A DNA stretch of 64,000 bases from Phyllosticta citribraziliensis (GCF_038025025.1 NW_027117342.1:992001-1056000), one strand, 5' to 3'; counted from the first letter of the stretch, positions 13,271 through 24,923 are shown. The notes: generated from the sequence alone by a model not told the origin. Numbers and translations: made by a program.

Positions 13271-15017
13271 AATTAGGATTTACAGCTTAGGAGTAGGGGT
13301 TAATTATATAGTATTTATACTAAAAGGAGGAAATATTAAAGTTTAAGGTTATATATATATAGGGTTATAAGGTAGCAAGTTAAGTAGCATATAGATAGTT
13401 ATAAGTTAAGAAGGGTTAGTTATTAGGTTAATATAGGATACTAATAAAGTTAGTAGGATATATAACTTTCTATTCTCTATAGGGGCGCTTATATATAAAT
13501 AGAGAGAGATAGAGATAAAGAGAGAAGTTTTAATACTCTAGGTAGATATTTAGTTATAGTCTATTAGTATATATAGGAAGCTAAGTAGGTAGATATAGTA
13601 GTTATAGAGTTAAAGAAGGTAAAGGCTAAAATAAGGGTAGTTAGCATATAGGACCTAACTCTTATATAAAATATATAGAATAAGGAAGTAGCTTATTAGG
13701 AATTTTTAGTATATATACTAAATTCTTTAGTATATTAAGTTCTAGGTAATAAGTACTACCTATCTTATAACTTAAAAGTATCTCTTATTAAAGCTCCTAT
13801 TTAAATCTTCTCTTTCTTATCTATTATACTACTACCCTCCCTCTATAACTATATGCTCCTTAAATAATTCTTACGGGCTATTACCTTATACTAGGCTATA
13901 TACTACTACTACTTAATATCCTTAAAGTCCTAGGTTAGATTATATATTATACCTACCTAAGTCACCTTATAACTATTATATTTAAAGCTATTATAGGCCT
14001 CCTTATAGATATTACTAAGGAACTTATAAAGGCCTTAGTCTTACTTAATATTACTAGCCCTTTTATAGAAGACATAGTTAAATAGTAGTTAAGGCTAGAG
14101 AGGATATAATTAGTAATAAAATCTTACCTATCTTATAGATTATTAATATATAAATTAGCTCTTATTAATTTTTATTATAGTTTCTCTATTAATTAAGGTT
14201 GCACTTCCTGTCCTTAAGTAATAATATAGATAAAATAGCTAGAGCTAGTATAAGTTATTACTAACCTCTATAATATTAGTAATAGTAGAAAATATATATA
14301 TATAAACTAAGTATAGCTTATATCTATATAGAAGTTACTAGTTACTAAGAGCTCTATATTAGTATCCTTTATATATGCTATAATTTATAATTAGTATACT
14401 AGGTAGAGGATAACCCTCCCTAGGTTAGAAGGTTAGAATATATATAAAGTAGTCTATCTTATGCTATATTAATATTAGTATATTTAGCAGATCTACTATG
14501 CCTAGTCTTTATAGGGAGGGGATAAGATGTCTATCTTTATTAAGGTAGTATTTATCTATATTTACTTTATATTAGTATTGCTTTATATTAATCTTATTTT
14601 GCGTGAATATACCTGGCATAGTAAATTTTATAGTAATGTTAGGGGTTGGTAATATAGATGTTAGAATGATGCAATGTATCTTTAGGGCGCAATTGTTGGC
14701 GCGTCGTGTAGATGTCTAGGTGGCGCCGCAGGTGTTCCAGTAGAGGCTTGACCATTAGCAACGAATAGTAAGCAGCGAGCGTCGAGGCAATCACCGCTGA
14801 TCGAATGTGACGTAGGTTGTATGGCATTAAGGTCGCGTTTGCTGGGAATTAGGAGACTGTAAATAGTGAGCAGAGATAGCAAGCCTCGTCACGGTCTATG
14901 ACTGTGGACGGCGCGTAACGTGAAGAGGGTCAGAAGCTGCCGCTGTGTTAGAGGGGAGCGAGACCAAAGTGCAATGCTCGGTAGATGATCGACAGACTTC
15001 CTTCATTGTCCCGCGTC

Positions 15018-15312
15018 CTGACCTGTCTGCTGCGCGTGAGACGGACCTCCTCTTCGCCAAGAAGGGCCACGATCTCATCAAGTTCTGCGTCCGCGAAGAC
15101 ATTCCTTTCACTGTCTTTGAGAGCTGGAAGGACATTCACGCCGTCTGCAAGGAGATTGTGTAAGTGTCCCTTTGATATTCGCAAGCATCAACATGCTGAA
15201 CCACTGCAGTGAGGGCAAGAAGTCCGTCCAAGAGGCGGCGGTCGAGGGCCACCAGCAGTTCAAGAGTGGTGAGGCTGGTGTCAATGGTAGCGCCAATGGC
15301 GCGGCTAAATAA
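15018..15312 (+). pseudogene. 3' fragment of an MtnX-like HAD-superfamily phosphatase (5' three-quarters missing)
   Basis: DLSAARETDLLFAKKGHDLIKFCVREDIPFTVFESWKDI... is the C-terminus that follows the GDGVSD motif IV in this fungal family. Intact intron 15160-15209; stop 15310-15312. No GDG or DFDGT upstream. Confidence 0.85.
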
Positions 15313-15459
15313 GCATTTGGCTTCCAGAGCACGAGCATGTATAGAGCAGGTGGATAGAAGGGGCGTCTACAAGTATGCTCATGGCGGTGCACGCCAGAAC
15401 AAAGAGCCACAGTGGGTGTCGAAAGAAATTACAACTCCTGGCAATACAAGTGCGCCTAG

Positions 15460-15558
15460 GGAGCGTTCATTCGCTGCTTCGCCTGCGCTCAAGGAGCATT
15501 CATTCACTACTCCGCCTGTGTTTAAGGAGCATTCATACACCTATACATGCGCTTAGGA
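15460..15558. repeat. 33-bp degenerate tandem repeat x3
   Basis: Units start ggagc(g/a)ttcat at 15460, 15493 and 15526. Confidence 0.75.
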
Positions 15559-16244
15559 AGTGGTTGTTCATTACGGCAGACAGACCGGGAGAGCCTCATT
15601 TCTTTTGACACCCACTGTGGAGCGCTCTAGAAGACATAGAATGATAGAATGGGGTGCGAACCAGACAATATACATCGCATTGGTACAGGTAATGGGCCTT
15701 GTGGACCTGAAGGGTCTGTTCCAATCAAGGCGCCTTGGATGCAGATCTCGGGGCGCTGCGCTGCCAGCGCATCAGACAGTCGAACAACCGCAAGCCCCCG
15801 AAGCCACAACGCTCGCTCCTCCGCCGGTCGCAGCCATGGATGTTCATTCGACAGGGCGCGTGGTGTTTCAGATGGCCTTCATACGACAGCGTCCGCTAGG
15901 CGTTCGTGGTCGATGGAACCATTGCCCTGGTGTAGCATTTCATTGTCTCGCGCTTGCCCCGCGGGAGTTATCGGACTCTAAATAATGACGACGGGACCGC
16001 TCCACGACAGTGGCATTGGATTCTTCAACGCAACCAGGTCGCATCCAACTGCCCGACCCGTCGTGCGCAGACCCCTCTCTTCCCTCAGCCCTTCGCACCC
16101 CAAAGAACACGACGCAACCACCAACTCTCTCGCCTATAAAGCCATTGGGACGCCCAGCAGCCGCCCACGACTCGCCGACTGCACCCACCTCACACCCCCC
16201 CTTCCTCGCCTTCGCAACCAAGCCAACCAAACCCACCACCGGCC

Positions 16245-17174
16245 ATGGAGACCATCGACCCCACGACCGGCAAACCGCTGCCCCCCGACGCAATCCAGCG
16301 CGTCTTGTACATTGCGCGCCAAGTCCACGTTTACCAGATCCCGCCCGCGACGTCGACAAAGGGGTACAACGCGTCGACGTGGATAGGGCCGAACAACGAG
16401 CGGCTCATCTTCACGGCGCGGCTGCGCGTGCTCGAGACGGCCATACCGAAGCCCGCCGCAGCGCAATCGACGGCAACCGCAGGAAGCGCAACACAACCGA
16501 ACGCAGCGGGGACCTCTAGTGCCGACGACCGGGAAGAAGACGTCAAGGTGGACATTTTGCTCGAAGACCCGGCCACGGGGCAGCTGTTTGCCGGCGCGCC
16601 GTACACTTCGCCCGCGGTGGTGGAGCCGACGCTCGACAGTAGCCGCTTCTTCGCGGTGCGCGTCGTGGGCGAGGGCCGCAAGGCGACGCTGGGCGTCGGC
16701 TTCGAGGAGCGCAGCGATGCCATGGATTTCAACATTGCGCTGCAGGACGCGCGCAAGGTGCTCGGATTGGATCAGTCTGGGGGCGGCGCGGGAGGCAGGA
16801 AAGCCGCCTCGGCGAAGACCAGCGCTGAAAAGGAGCAGGAGAAGCGCGATTTCAGCTTGAAGGAGGGCGAGATGATCACGGTCAACATTGGGCGCAGGGG
16901 CAGGAGAAAGGCTGACAGCCCCGGCGAAGGCGGCGGTGAGGAGCAAAGAGATTCGCAGGCTGCGCTGTTCAGTATCAAGCCGCCGCCTGCTGGTGGAAAT
17001 GGAAATGGCGGCGGAGTGCCTTTCCTGCCGCCGCCGCCAAAGACTTCGGACGTCAAGGCAGACCGAAGACGGAGCCGGAATATGCAGCTGGAGGCACCGA
17101 GGGAGACGCTGTCGAAGCAGCCCAGCGCTCAAGAACTGGGCTTCGACGACGGAGAGTTCGGAGAGTTTCAGTGA
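16245..17174 (+). CDS. NECAP-like adaptin ear-binding coat-associated protein (DUF1681/PHear domain)
   Basis: Single-exon 309 aa: VHVYQIPP...GYNASTW...FTARLRV...LFAGAPY...VEPTLDSSRFFAVRV...LGVGFEERSDAMDFNIALQD; C-terminal DDGEFGEFQ. Confidence 0.92.
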   Translation: METIDPTTGKPLPPDAIQRVLYIARQVHVYQIPPATSTKGYNASTWIGPNNERLIFTARLRVLETAIPKPAAAQSTATAGSATQPNAAGTSSADDREEDVKVDILLEDPATGQLFAGAPYTSPAVVEPTLDSSRFFAVRVVGEGRKATLGVGFEERSDAMDFNIALQDARKVLGLDQSGGGAGGRKAASAKTSAEKEQEKRDFSLKEGEMITVNIGRRGRRKADSPGEGGGEEQRDSQAALFSIKPPPAGGNGNGGGVPFLPPPPKTSDVKADRRRSRNMQLEAPRETLSKQPSAQELGFDDGEFGEFQ

Positions 17175-17437
17175 CACACGGGATAGAAGTGCAGAAGAAG
17201 GATCATTTGGGACACCGGATTTGGCATAGAGGCTCGATTGTGAATAGATCGTTCGGATATTCGCGCATTACCTGCTGTACAGCTCCAAATGAGATGGACT
17301 ATCCGCCTCGTTTTTTCCCCGTCGACCTCGTCAAGTCATTACAGTAATTCATACACGGCGCGCGGAGAAACGCCAGGCTTCCAATTTGTACGAGAAGATC
17401 AGTGCTTCCAACGCTGCGATTCAGTCTTGCGGCACGG

Positions 17438-18391
17438 CTAAAACCCGTCGAGCGACTCGGTGTTGAGCTGGTCGTACAGCGCGTTGATATCACGGACGAG
17501 CGACTCCTTGTCCGAGCCATCGGGGCAGTCTTTCCACTCACCGCCGTCGCGGATGCAGCGAATCTTTTCATTCAAGCGGACCTGTCTCTCATTAGCGACT
17601 GGTCTCGACGTGCCAAAGCTTCCCACTCACCGTGCAGCTCTTTGTCACGTTGGCCTTGGAGCTGCGCTCAAAGCTGGCCTGCAGCAAATCAACAGCGTAC
17701 CCGCCATCGTCCTTGCTCAAGCAGTCGTTGAGCTTGTCGAAGGCGAGGCCGTGCTCGAGGGCGCAGTCCTGGACGAGGTCGCGCTGGGGGATGTCGGCGT
17801 ACTTGCGCGTCAGGCACATGGTGAAGCCGAGATAGAGCTTGGGGTCCGGGTACAGGTCGGCGGCGCACAGCTCGAGCATGTTGCCCAGGCACTCGGTCTG
17901 GCCGTGCTTGCACTCGACACCGTCGTCGTGGTCAGTCGGCGTGCCGATGTACGAGAGCGTGAAGGCGATGCGCGGGCTCAGCTGGGCCATGACGGGGAGC
18001 ACCAGGTCGCGCAGACAGTCGCGCGCGTCCGGGCATTTGGACCTGCGGATGCGTTAGCTGGTGGTGGTAGTCTTCGCGGGACTCGGATCGGCGCGACGGA
18101 CATGATGTGTGCCTCGAGCGGCACTTTCTTGTCGAGGACATGGTAGCCTTCTGAATCCTTTGGTGCGCTGCTGGTGCTACTGCTCTCGCTTTTCCCCAAG
18201 GGCCGGAGGTTGATGAGCGGCCGCGTTTGTCCAGGAAACGGGTGGCCGAAGAGGACCAGAAACGTCAGAGCTGCCAAGAGGGCGGCACGAATAAACACCA
18301 GCCACCCGGACCGTCGAGGGCGGGTGTAGGCGGCGATGGGCGGGCCTTGAGGCTGCTGGAAGTCGTCCGAGAGGCGCTTCTTTTCTTCCAT
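17438..18391 (-). CDS. GILT-family thiol reductase, 3 exons, N-terminal signal anchor
   Basis: Spliced KVPLEAHIMSKCPDARDCLRDLV...CKHGQTECLGNMLELCA...SCTVRLNEKIRCIRDGGEWKDC. Two GT-AG introns with CTAAY branch sites. Confidence 0.9.
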
Positions 18392-18840
18392 GGTCGACTA
18401 GAGGTGCAAGACTTGGTGGAGGGGAGGAAATGACGCGAAGAGGGTCGTGAGCACAAGCTCGAAGCTCGAAGCTTAACCCAGAGCCAGGGTACATGTAGTT
18501 AGTGGCCGGCGTTTGGTCGCAAGGGTGTGCCAAACGCCGGCCTGGACAAAGGGACTCGAGCTAGCGGTCTGGACGCGTCGCTCTCTCCACTCGCGTGCCT
18601 GGCTGCTATGCTGAACCGAACGGTATACGACTGACTGCACTGCATGGGACGGGAATCCTGCGTCGTCGCCTCATTAAACCCCATCCAACGCCGCGCAAGG
18701 CTGGAGCTGAGACTGTTCGCCCGCTGATCATGGCCGCCGTCGTCTCTGCTGCCTTATCTTGAACCATCTCACGGGATCCATCTCTCTCGACTCCCGTCCC
18801 CGCCATCTCGCCCTTCCATTCCTGGCCTGCCGCACTACCC

Positions 18841-20723
18841 ATGGCTGCGGCTCCGTCTCTTCTCCACCAGGACCAGGACCAGGACAATGCACTGCACCAC
18901 CACCTTCTGCAGCCGCTGACCCGCTGCCTCGATGACGCCGTGCTGCTGAGTCTGGCGCGCGGCTTTGCTGAGACGTTCAAGGACCTTGCTGAGAACTCGC
19001 ATCAGCACTTTCTCTCGACCCCCGTGACGGCCCTGCCCACCGGCCACGAGGTCGGCAAATTCCTGGCCATCGACGTGGGCGGGACCAATCTGCGCGTCGC
19101 CTGTGTAGAGCTGTTGGGTGACGGCGATGATGTCCCCACGTCCCAGTCCGGCCCCTCGGGCCACCACGACCCTAAAATTCGGAGGTATTCCGAGCGGGCC
19201 TGGCCCATTGAGGAGCACATGAAGATGGACAAGGCTGAGGACTTGTTTGCCTGGATTGGGGACTGCATAGCCGGTGTTCTACATGACGTCTTGTACGGCC
19301 CAGACGCAAGCATCCATCCCGACGACTTTGGAGACGACATTCCCATTGGCATCACCTTTAGCTTCCCAATGACGTACGTTTGCAATCTGTCTACCCGTCT
19401 TTGATCCCGCCTATCTTTGCGTTTGTGCCTGAGTCGGTTTGTCGTAGGAGCCATCACTAACGCTTTTCAAGACAAACATGCATCTCGGAAGCAACTCTGA
19501 TGCCCATGGGAAAAGGCTTCGCCATTTCGTCTGACCTGAACTTGGCAGAAATGCTGCTGGCAGGATACGCAAAACATTGCACCCCTGGAGCGTCAAATGG
19601 TCATCCTGTTAATTCAGCAAATGGTCACCCGCGCAAATTACTGCCCAAGCTGCGTATCACAGCCATCACAAACGACACCGTGTCGACCTACGCCTCCCTC
19701 GCCTACTCTGTCAAGACTTCCTCCAGGAGCCGCGTAGCAATGGGCGTAGTCGTCGGCACAGGTACCAACGCCACCATCCCCATGCCCCTGAGCGACCTCG
19801 GCCAATCCAAAACCGCATCTCTCAAGCTCCCCCTGGACGTCTCCTCGCCCTCTTCCTCGTCGACCAAAATCGTCGTCAACACCGAGTGGTCGGTCCGCGG
19901 CACCGAGCGCCCCGTCAAGCCGTACACGACGGTATGGGACGCGGAGCTCGACCGCAACACCGACCTGCCCGGCTTCCAGCCCATGGAGTACATGACTTCC
20001 GGACGGTACCTCGGGGAGCTGGTGCGCCTCGCGCTCGTCGACGCACTGTCGCGGGAATCGACTTCGACGGACCACAGCAGCAGCAGCCTGCCCGCAGCGC
20101 TCGGCCGGCGCAACGCCATATCGACCAAGTTCCTGGCGCACGTGGCGGCGCGGACCTCAGACGACGAGATCCGCGCCAGTCTGGACGAGCTGTTCCCGGC
20201 GCCGCCGGGCAGCTCGTTCGTGTGGTCCAAGGCCCGGATTGACGCGCTGCAGGCGGTTGCTGCTGCTGTGCTGATTCGATCGACGGCTCTCATCGCCGCC
20301 ATGATAGTCGGCCTGCTTGCGCGGGTGGGCGAGCTGCATCTCGACTCGTTGGCTGATGCTGGCGCTGGGGGAAACAGCATACCCGACGCTCCCGTCTCTG
20401 CAACACCATCACCATCATCGTCAAACACGCCGACAGTCCCCCCAGCCCATCAAACAACAGCAGAAGCTCGCCTAGCCTTAAGAGCGAGAGAAGAAGAAGA
20501 GGCAGCAGAAGAAGAGCTCATTGTCGCATGCACAGGCGGCCTGATCCTGCAGTACCCTGGCTACCTCGAGACGTGCCAGCGCTGGATCGACCGCCTCGTG
20601 GCCAGCGGCTCGCCGCGGAACGCGGGCAAGAGAGTCGTCCTCGACGAGGCGCGAGATGGCGGCGTCATTGGCGCTGCTGTGCTCGCTGCCATGTTTTACT
20701 CCGCTCCTGTGTCTTCGCGGTAG
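18841..20723 (+). CDS. Hexokinase-family protein, atypical MGKGF type, 2 exons
   Basis: FLAIDVGGTNLRV, GITFSFPM, MPMGKGF, ITNDTV, VVGTGTNA, VNTEW, EYMTSGRYLGELVR, DGGVIGAA; intron 19374-19471. Confidence 0.93.
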
Positions 20724-20762
20724 AAAAGAGAGAGCGTCTCTTGGGGGAAGGTGTACAGATGA

Positions 20763-20792
20763 GGGGGGTTGGGGTTGGGGTTGGGGTTGGGG
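20763..20792 (+). repeat. (GGGGTT)n G-tract repeat, G-quadruplex-forming
   Basis: ggggggttggggttggggttggggttgggg about 40 nt after the hexokinase stop. Confidence 0.85.
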
Positions 20793-22003
20793 AGGAGATG
20801 GGTGATGTTGTTGGGAGGGGCGCTTGTTTTTAGAGGAAGACTAGGGAGTGCAGATGGGAACGCATATCTTGTGGTTCTGGTATGGATGATTGAAACGAGG
20901 ACATGAACACGACTTGGGCTTCTTATTCCTCCTCCTCCTCCCCTCCTCTCTCTCTCCTATTTACCGTCGATATACCTGTCTAGTACCATCTACATAAATA
21001 CATATCTCTTGTGCGCTTCGCAATGGCCTACCTACCCACTGCGTCATGCTTCGACCCTGGGGCCTTTGTTGCATTGACCGACTACTCCGCATTCTCCCAC
21101 TCACGTCCATGCAATGTTTCTCAGTAGACGGTAGACCATGACTCCCGACCTGATTCACGCACGCCATCACTGTCAACGCATGGCCCTCAATGGGTGGTGG
21201 TAGGTCGGAAACTTGATGTAAAACGTGAATGGACTAAGCTCAATTGCTTCTGTGCCTGGTAGAGCTTCCAGGGGGGTATCTGTCGCGAACAAGTAAAGAA
21301 AGACCGCTCCCACCACCGCTGCAGTCGCCGTCCCCGCCGCCGCTGCAAGCACGCCTTTCCTCCCTCCCTCCCTCTCATAACTAACCCATGCTACGCTTTG
21401 CTGATGCATGAATCCTCGAAGAGACAAACTTTTGGCAAAACTGCCGTGGAAAGAGAACCGCACGCTTGAATGCTCCCACTCGCACCCAAGACCAAAACAG
21501 AGAAAACGTTTGAAACAGCCCGAATGCTCCCGCTTACGCAGGAGGTATACACCTGGCAAAAAGAGCTCCTGTCAACCACGTCCCCTAATCGCTCAAACGC
21601 CGTGAGACCAGAAACGCCAAATGTAAGAAACACAAACGCATCCGCGTTTATCCGCCATCAAACGCCAAAAAGCAAGAAACGCCAAAGGACAAAAAAGTAA
21701 AACTCGAAACCGCAGAGCCGCAGGGGCTCGCTTGAATGCTTCCAGGTCCGCTCTGGACGATGGAAAAGTTGATAGAAAAAGCGGACAGAAAAAAAAGGAC
21801 CGAGCAAAACAGCAGACCGCTGGAACGCTCCTTGGTCCGCTCTGGACCATTGGAAAAAGGGTAAACAGCCCACAAAGAAAAAACCGCGCTCTTGAATGCT
21901 TCAAGGTCCGCGACGAGCAGGACCGACAAGGAGAAAAGGTAGGAAAATGTTGACAACTCGGCGACACGGGAGGACGAATGCTTCGCGGTGCCAAACACTC
22001 GAT

Positions 22004-24923
22004 CTAGGCCATGACCAGGCCTGTTTCGTCCTCCCAGTCGAAATCGCCAGTGAAGCCGCCGTTGACGATGGCGCAGGCGAACCAACGGCGTGCGTGATCA
22101 ATGACCGCGGGTTCGGGGTCGTATGAGCTGGGCAGGACAGCACGGCCGCGCAAGATGTTGGCCGTGTTGACAATCACAAACATGCCGCAGTCCGAGCCGT
22201 TGCCTTGTTTGGGGGAGTTTTGTTCCCGAATGACGGTCCAGTCGGACTCGTTCCAGTGCTCTCCCATGAAGACTGACATGAGGCGCTTGGCCGTGTTGAC
22301 GTACTTGCCCGCAGGGCCGCCCAAGCTGTCGAAATAGTGAATGGTCCGCTTCTGCCCGAAGATCACCACCAGGCGCCAATGAAATCCGTCGCAAATGGGC
22401 AAAAAGACGGCCTGAGTCTGGAACAAGTTTTCTCCCAGGTGGTTGGCCCTTCTTCCCCAGGACTTCATGCTGGATTCGCCGAAGGAATTGATCGAGGTGT
22501 ACCACATTGGCGTGTAGGCGTGGAAAGGTGCTGGCTGTCCTCTCGCCTTGACCTGCTTGGAAAAGCCGGCTTTCTCATTGGCTCGAAGGCACAGCATGTC
22601 CGTCGCCTTGCAGACTGCCTCATCATTCAGCCACGGCCTGCTCGGGCCGATCATGGAACGGAGGTCTTTGGATTTGAAGTTGCCCTTGATGTCGTAGGCG
22701 TCGGACTTTTGCGCAAGGGTTTCCAGGGTGATGGCGTGTGCCTGGGGCAGCGCGCGGAAGAGACCACTGGATCTGTCCAAAACCCAGCGCTCCTCATCAG
22801 TCATTGCGTTGAGCGCCGCTTCCCTCTCCGCGGCCCGGGCAGCCTCAGCTGCAGCTGCAGCGGCCTCCCTCGCCTCTCTCTCGGCCTTCTCCTGGGCCTG
22901 CTTCTCCTCCAAGGCCCTCCTCTCCTCGCGAGCTTTCTCCTCCAGTTGCTGGACCTTCCGCTCCTCCTCCGCCGCGAGCTTCTCGCATGTTGATTGCATG
23001 GAACGCTGGAGCTCCCCCTCGACGAAGCTGAGATCCACATCGGTGGGAACGGGGACCAACTCGAGACTCGTGGCCGCCTCTTTTGCTGCATCCGAGGGGT
23101 CCACGATGACGCTGGAGTCACTGCCCGAAGACGTTGGGCGTGACTCTGACTCGGCATAATGACCGGGAGAACGCGATGGGGACAGAATCAGCGAGGATCC
23201 AAACGGCTTCTCCTCGGACGCCTTGAAAGCGACGCGGGGACTCAGCCCATGGGCTCGAGAGGCAGAGGCCGCCGAGCTGACACCAATGGAAGAGAGGCTT
23301 GATCCCAGACGGAGTTCCTCCAAACTCGTCTCGCGCCTGACACGGGGCCAGGCTCGGCTCTCGAGCCTTGTCGACTGCCGCAAAGCCGCCCGAGCCCGAA
23401 TTGAGTGTGCTTGCTTTCTTTGTTGCATCTCGGACAAGCCGTACGAGTGAGGCACCACGTCGTTGTTAAGCTGCGTCCGAAGCGTCCTGGGCCGCCTTTG
23501 TATGGACGACTGTTCTTTCGCCTTTTCATGTGTAGGGGACAAAGAAGAACCAAGGCCAGGAGACGACCATAGGTATTTTCTCGCGGGCTGGATTGCTGGC
23601 GGAGGAGTAGTAGGCCGGGCTGGGGGTTGCGACAGGACTGGACACGGGGCATGCGCCGCAGGAATGCTGCTGGAGAGAAATTCGGTCTGCTCCACGGGTT
23701 GCTCCACGGGCTGCTCCATAGACAGCTGCTCTACAGGTGGCATGTCGTCGACCATGGCAGCAGACTCGGGAAATGCCCCTGGCATAGTTTTACGACGCTT
23801 CTGGGACTTGGAAGCGACTAAAGCGTCTGGATAATTGGTCTGAACAAAGCGCGAAAACCAGCCACTGGCTGCTTCCGTCGCCCAGTGAAGGGCTCTGAAA
23901 ATGCCCATTGGCGCATTCGTCTCAGATGGTGACATTTTGACAAAATCCTCCCGTCCGGTGATGGGCAACTGGCTCGCAAGGGTTGGCTTTATATCTTTCT
24001 CGGTGGCGTAGTCGTCAAAGGAGCGCTTGTTTGGTGTCATCGGGAATCCGCCCGGAATCGCCGAAGCAAGTTGAGGCGTGCGCATTTGTGTTGTGCAGGG
24101 GTGAACGTATTTGGCAGTAGGGCTCTGGGGATTCAAGAGCCTGCGGATCTGGGGGTGGTTTGATGATGCAACCGGAATCGCTGGGACTTGGGCGACCGGC
24201 TTTACTGTCGGGTTGTGCTGGGTGCTCGGAGGTAAGTTGGTGGGACAATATGGTCGAGTAGAGTCTATTGGCAGTCGAGGGCGGTTCGAGTTCCTGTCAA
24301 CGTGGAGTTTCATGTATTTTGTGTGAGCATCCCGAGGATGTGTATTCTGCGCTTTGCCATTCTTTTGCTCCGGTCCTCGGTTCGCTCTCAAAAGTTTGAC
24401 GACTTCTGAAGACGGCCGGTCAAATGTCCGGCGTGCATTTGCAAATGTGATGGGGCGAGTCTCCGTCGCATTGCGCGTGGGAATGTGCGAGAAGTTGTTT
24501 TTGTTTCCGGCAGGCAGCTTTCGGTTTGGCTGATAGTTGAGTCCACCAGAGGGTTGATAGTGGATGGTCGAGTTGGCTGCGAAAGACTTTGGGAAAATCG
24601 TGGCCGGTTGAGTGGGAGTCCAATCCATGTTGGACTGCGACGAGTTAGTGACAGCTACGGCAGAACCATGAGGCAGTCACATACCGAAGCTGGCGACTGA
24701 GCACCGCGAGGAGCCGAGGCGTCTCTGGCCTGGGTGTTTTGTGTGTGGAGGTTGGGTGTCGAGTTTTGGGTGGAGGGCCGGCGGAGCATCGGGCCAGTCG
24801 GGAACTGTTGCTGTAACATGTGCGATTCATGGAGCCAGTTCTGCAAGCGCGTTGTTAGAGTCAAATGTGGCGACTGGGTGGCAGTGGTCGTACCGTGCCA
24901 TATTGACCAAAGTGGCCGGCCAT
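22004..24923 (-). CDS. ULP1: Ulp1-like SUMO protease (peptidase C48), 3 exons
   Basis: C-terminal WLNDEAV...FLPICDGFHWRLVVI...YFDSLG...QGNGSDCGMFV gives the His-Asp-Cys triad. Two upstream exons (MAGHFGQYGT; NWLHES...SPAS) join in frame through GT-AG introns with CTAAC branch sites. Confidence 0.88.

Larger units (their letters stand above)
1..14640. mobile_element. RIP-degraded AT-rich repeat block (probable large cargo-carrying element or duplicated segment); continues beyond window start, with a lightly mutated margin to ~15017
   Basis: Extreme TpA enrichment and CpA/TpG depletion, almost no ORFs over 60 aa, and an abrupt switch to GC-rich genic DNA. Relic frames are interrupted by TAA/TAG derivable from CAA/CAG/TGG. 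RIP is certain; element identity is inferred. Confidence 0.75.

Noticed and set aside
14945..15017. Apparent N-terminus LEGSETKVQCSVDDRQTSFIVPRP for the HAD ORF
   Set aside because: No ATG and none of HAD motifs I-IV; fortuitous open frame across the junction.
16134..17177. Long antisense ORFs over GC-rich genes (16134-17177, 32453-33544, 53647-54522 and others)
   Set aside because: Expected from high GC3 codon bias on the coding strand; no independent motifs.
22004..24923. Ulp1 protease as transposon cargo
   Set aside because: Intact, unRIPed, intron-containing, among core genes, with no TIRs or transposase nearby.
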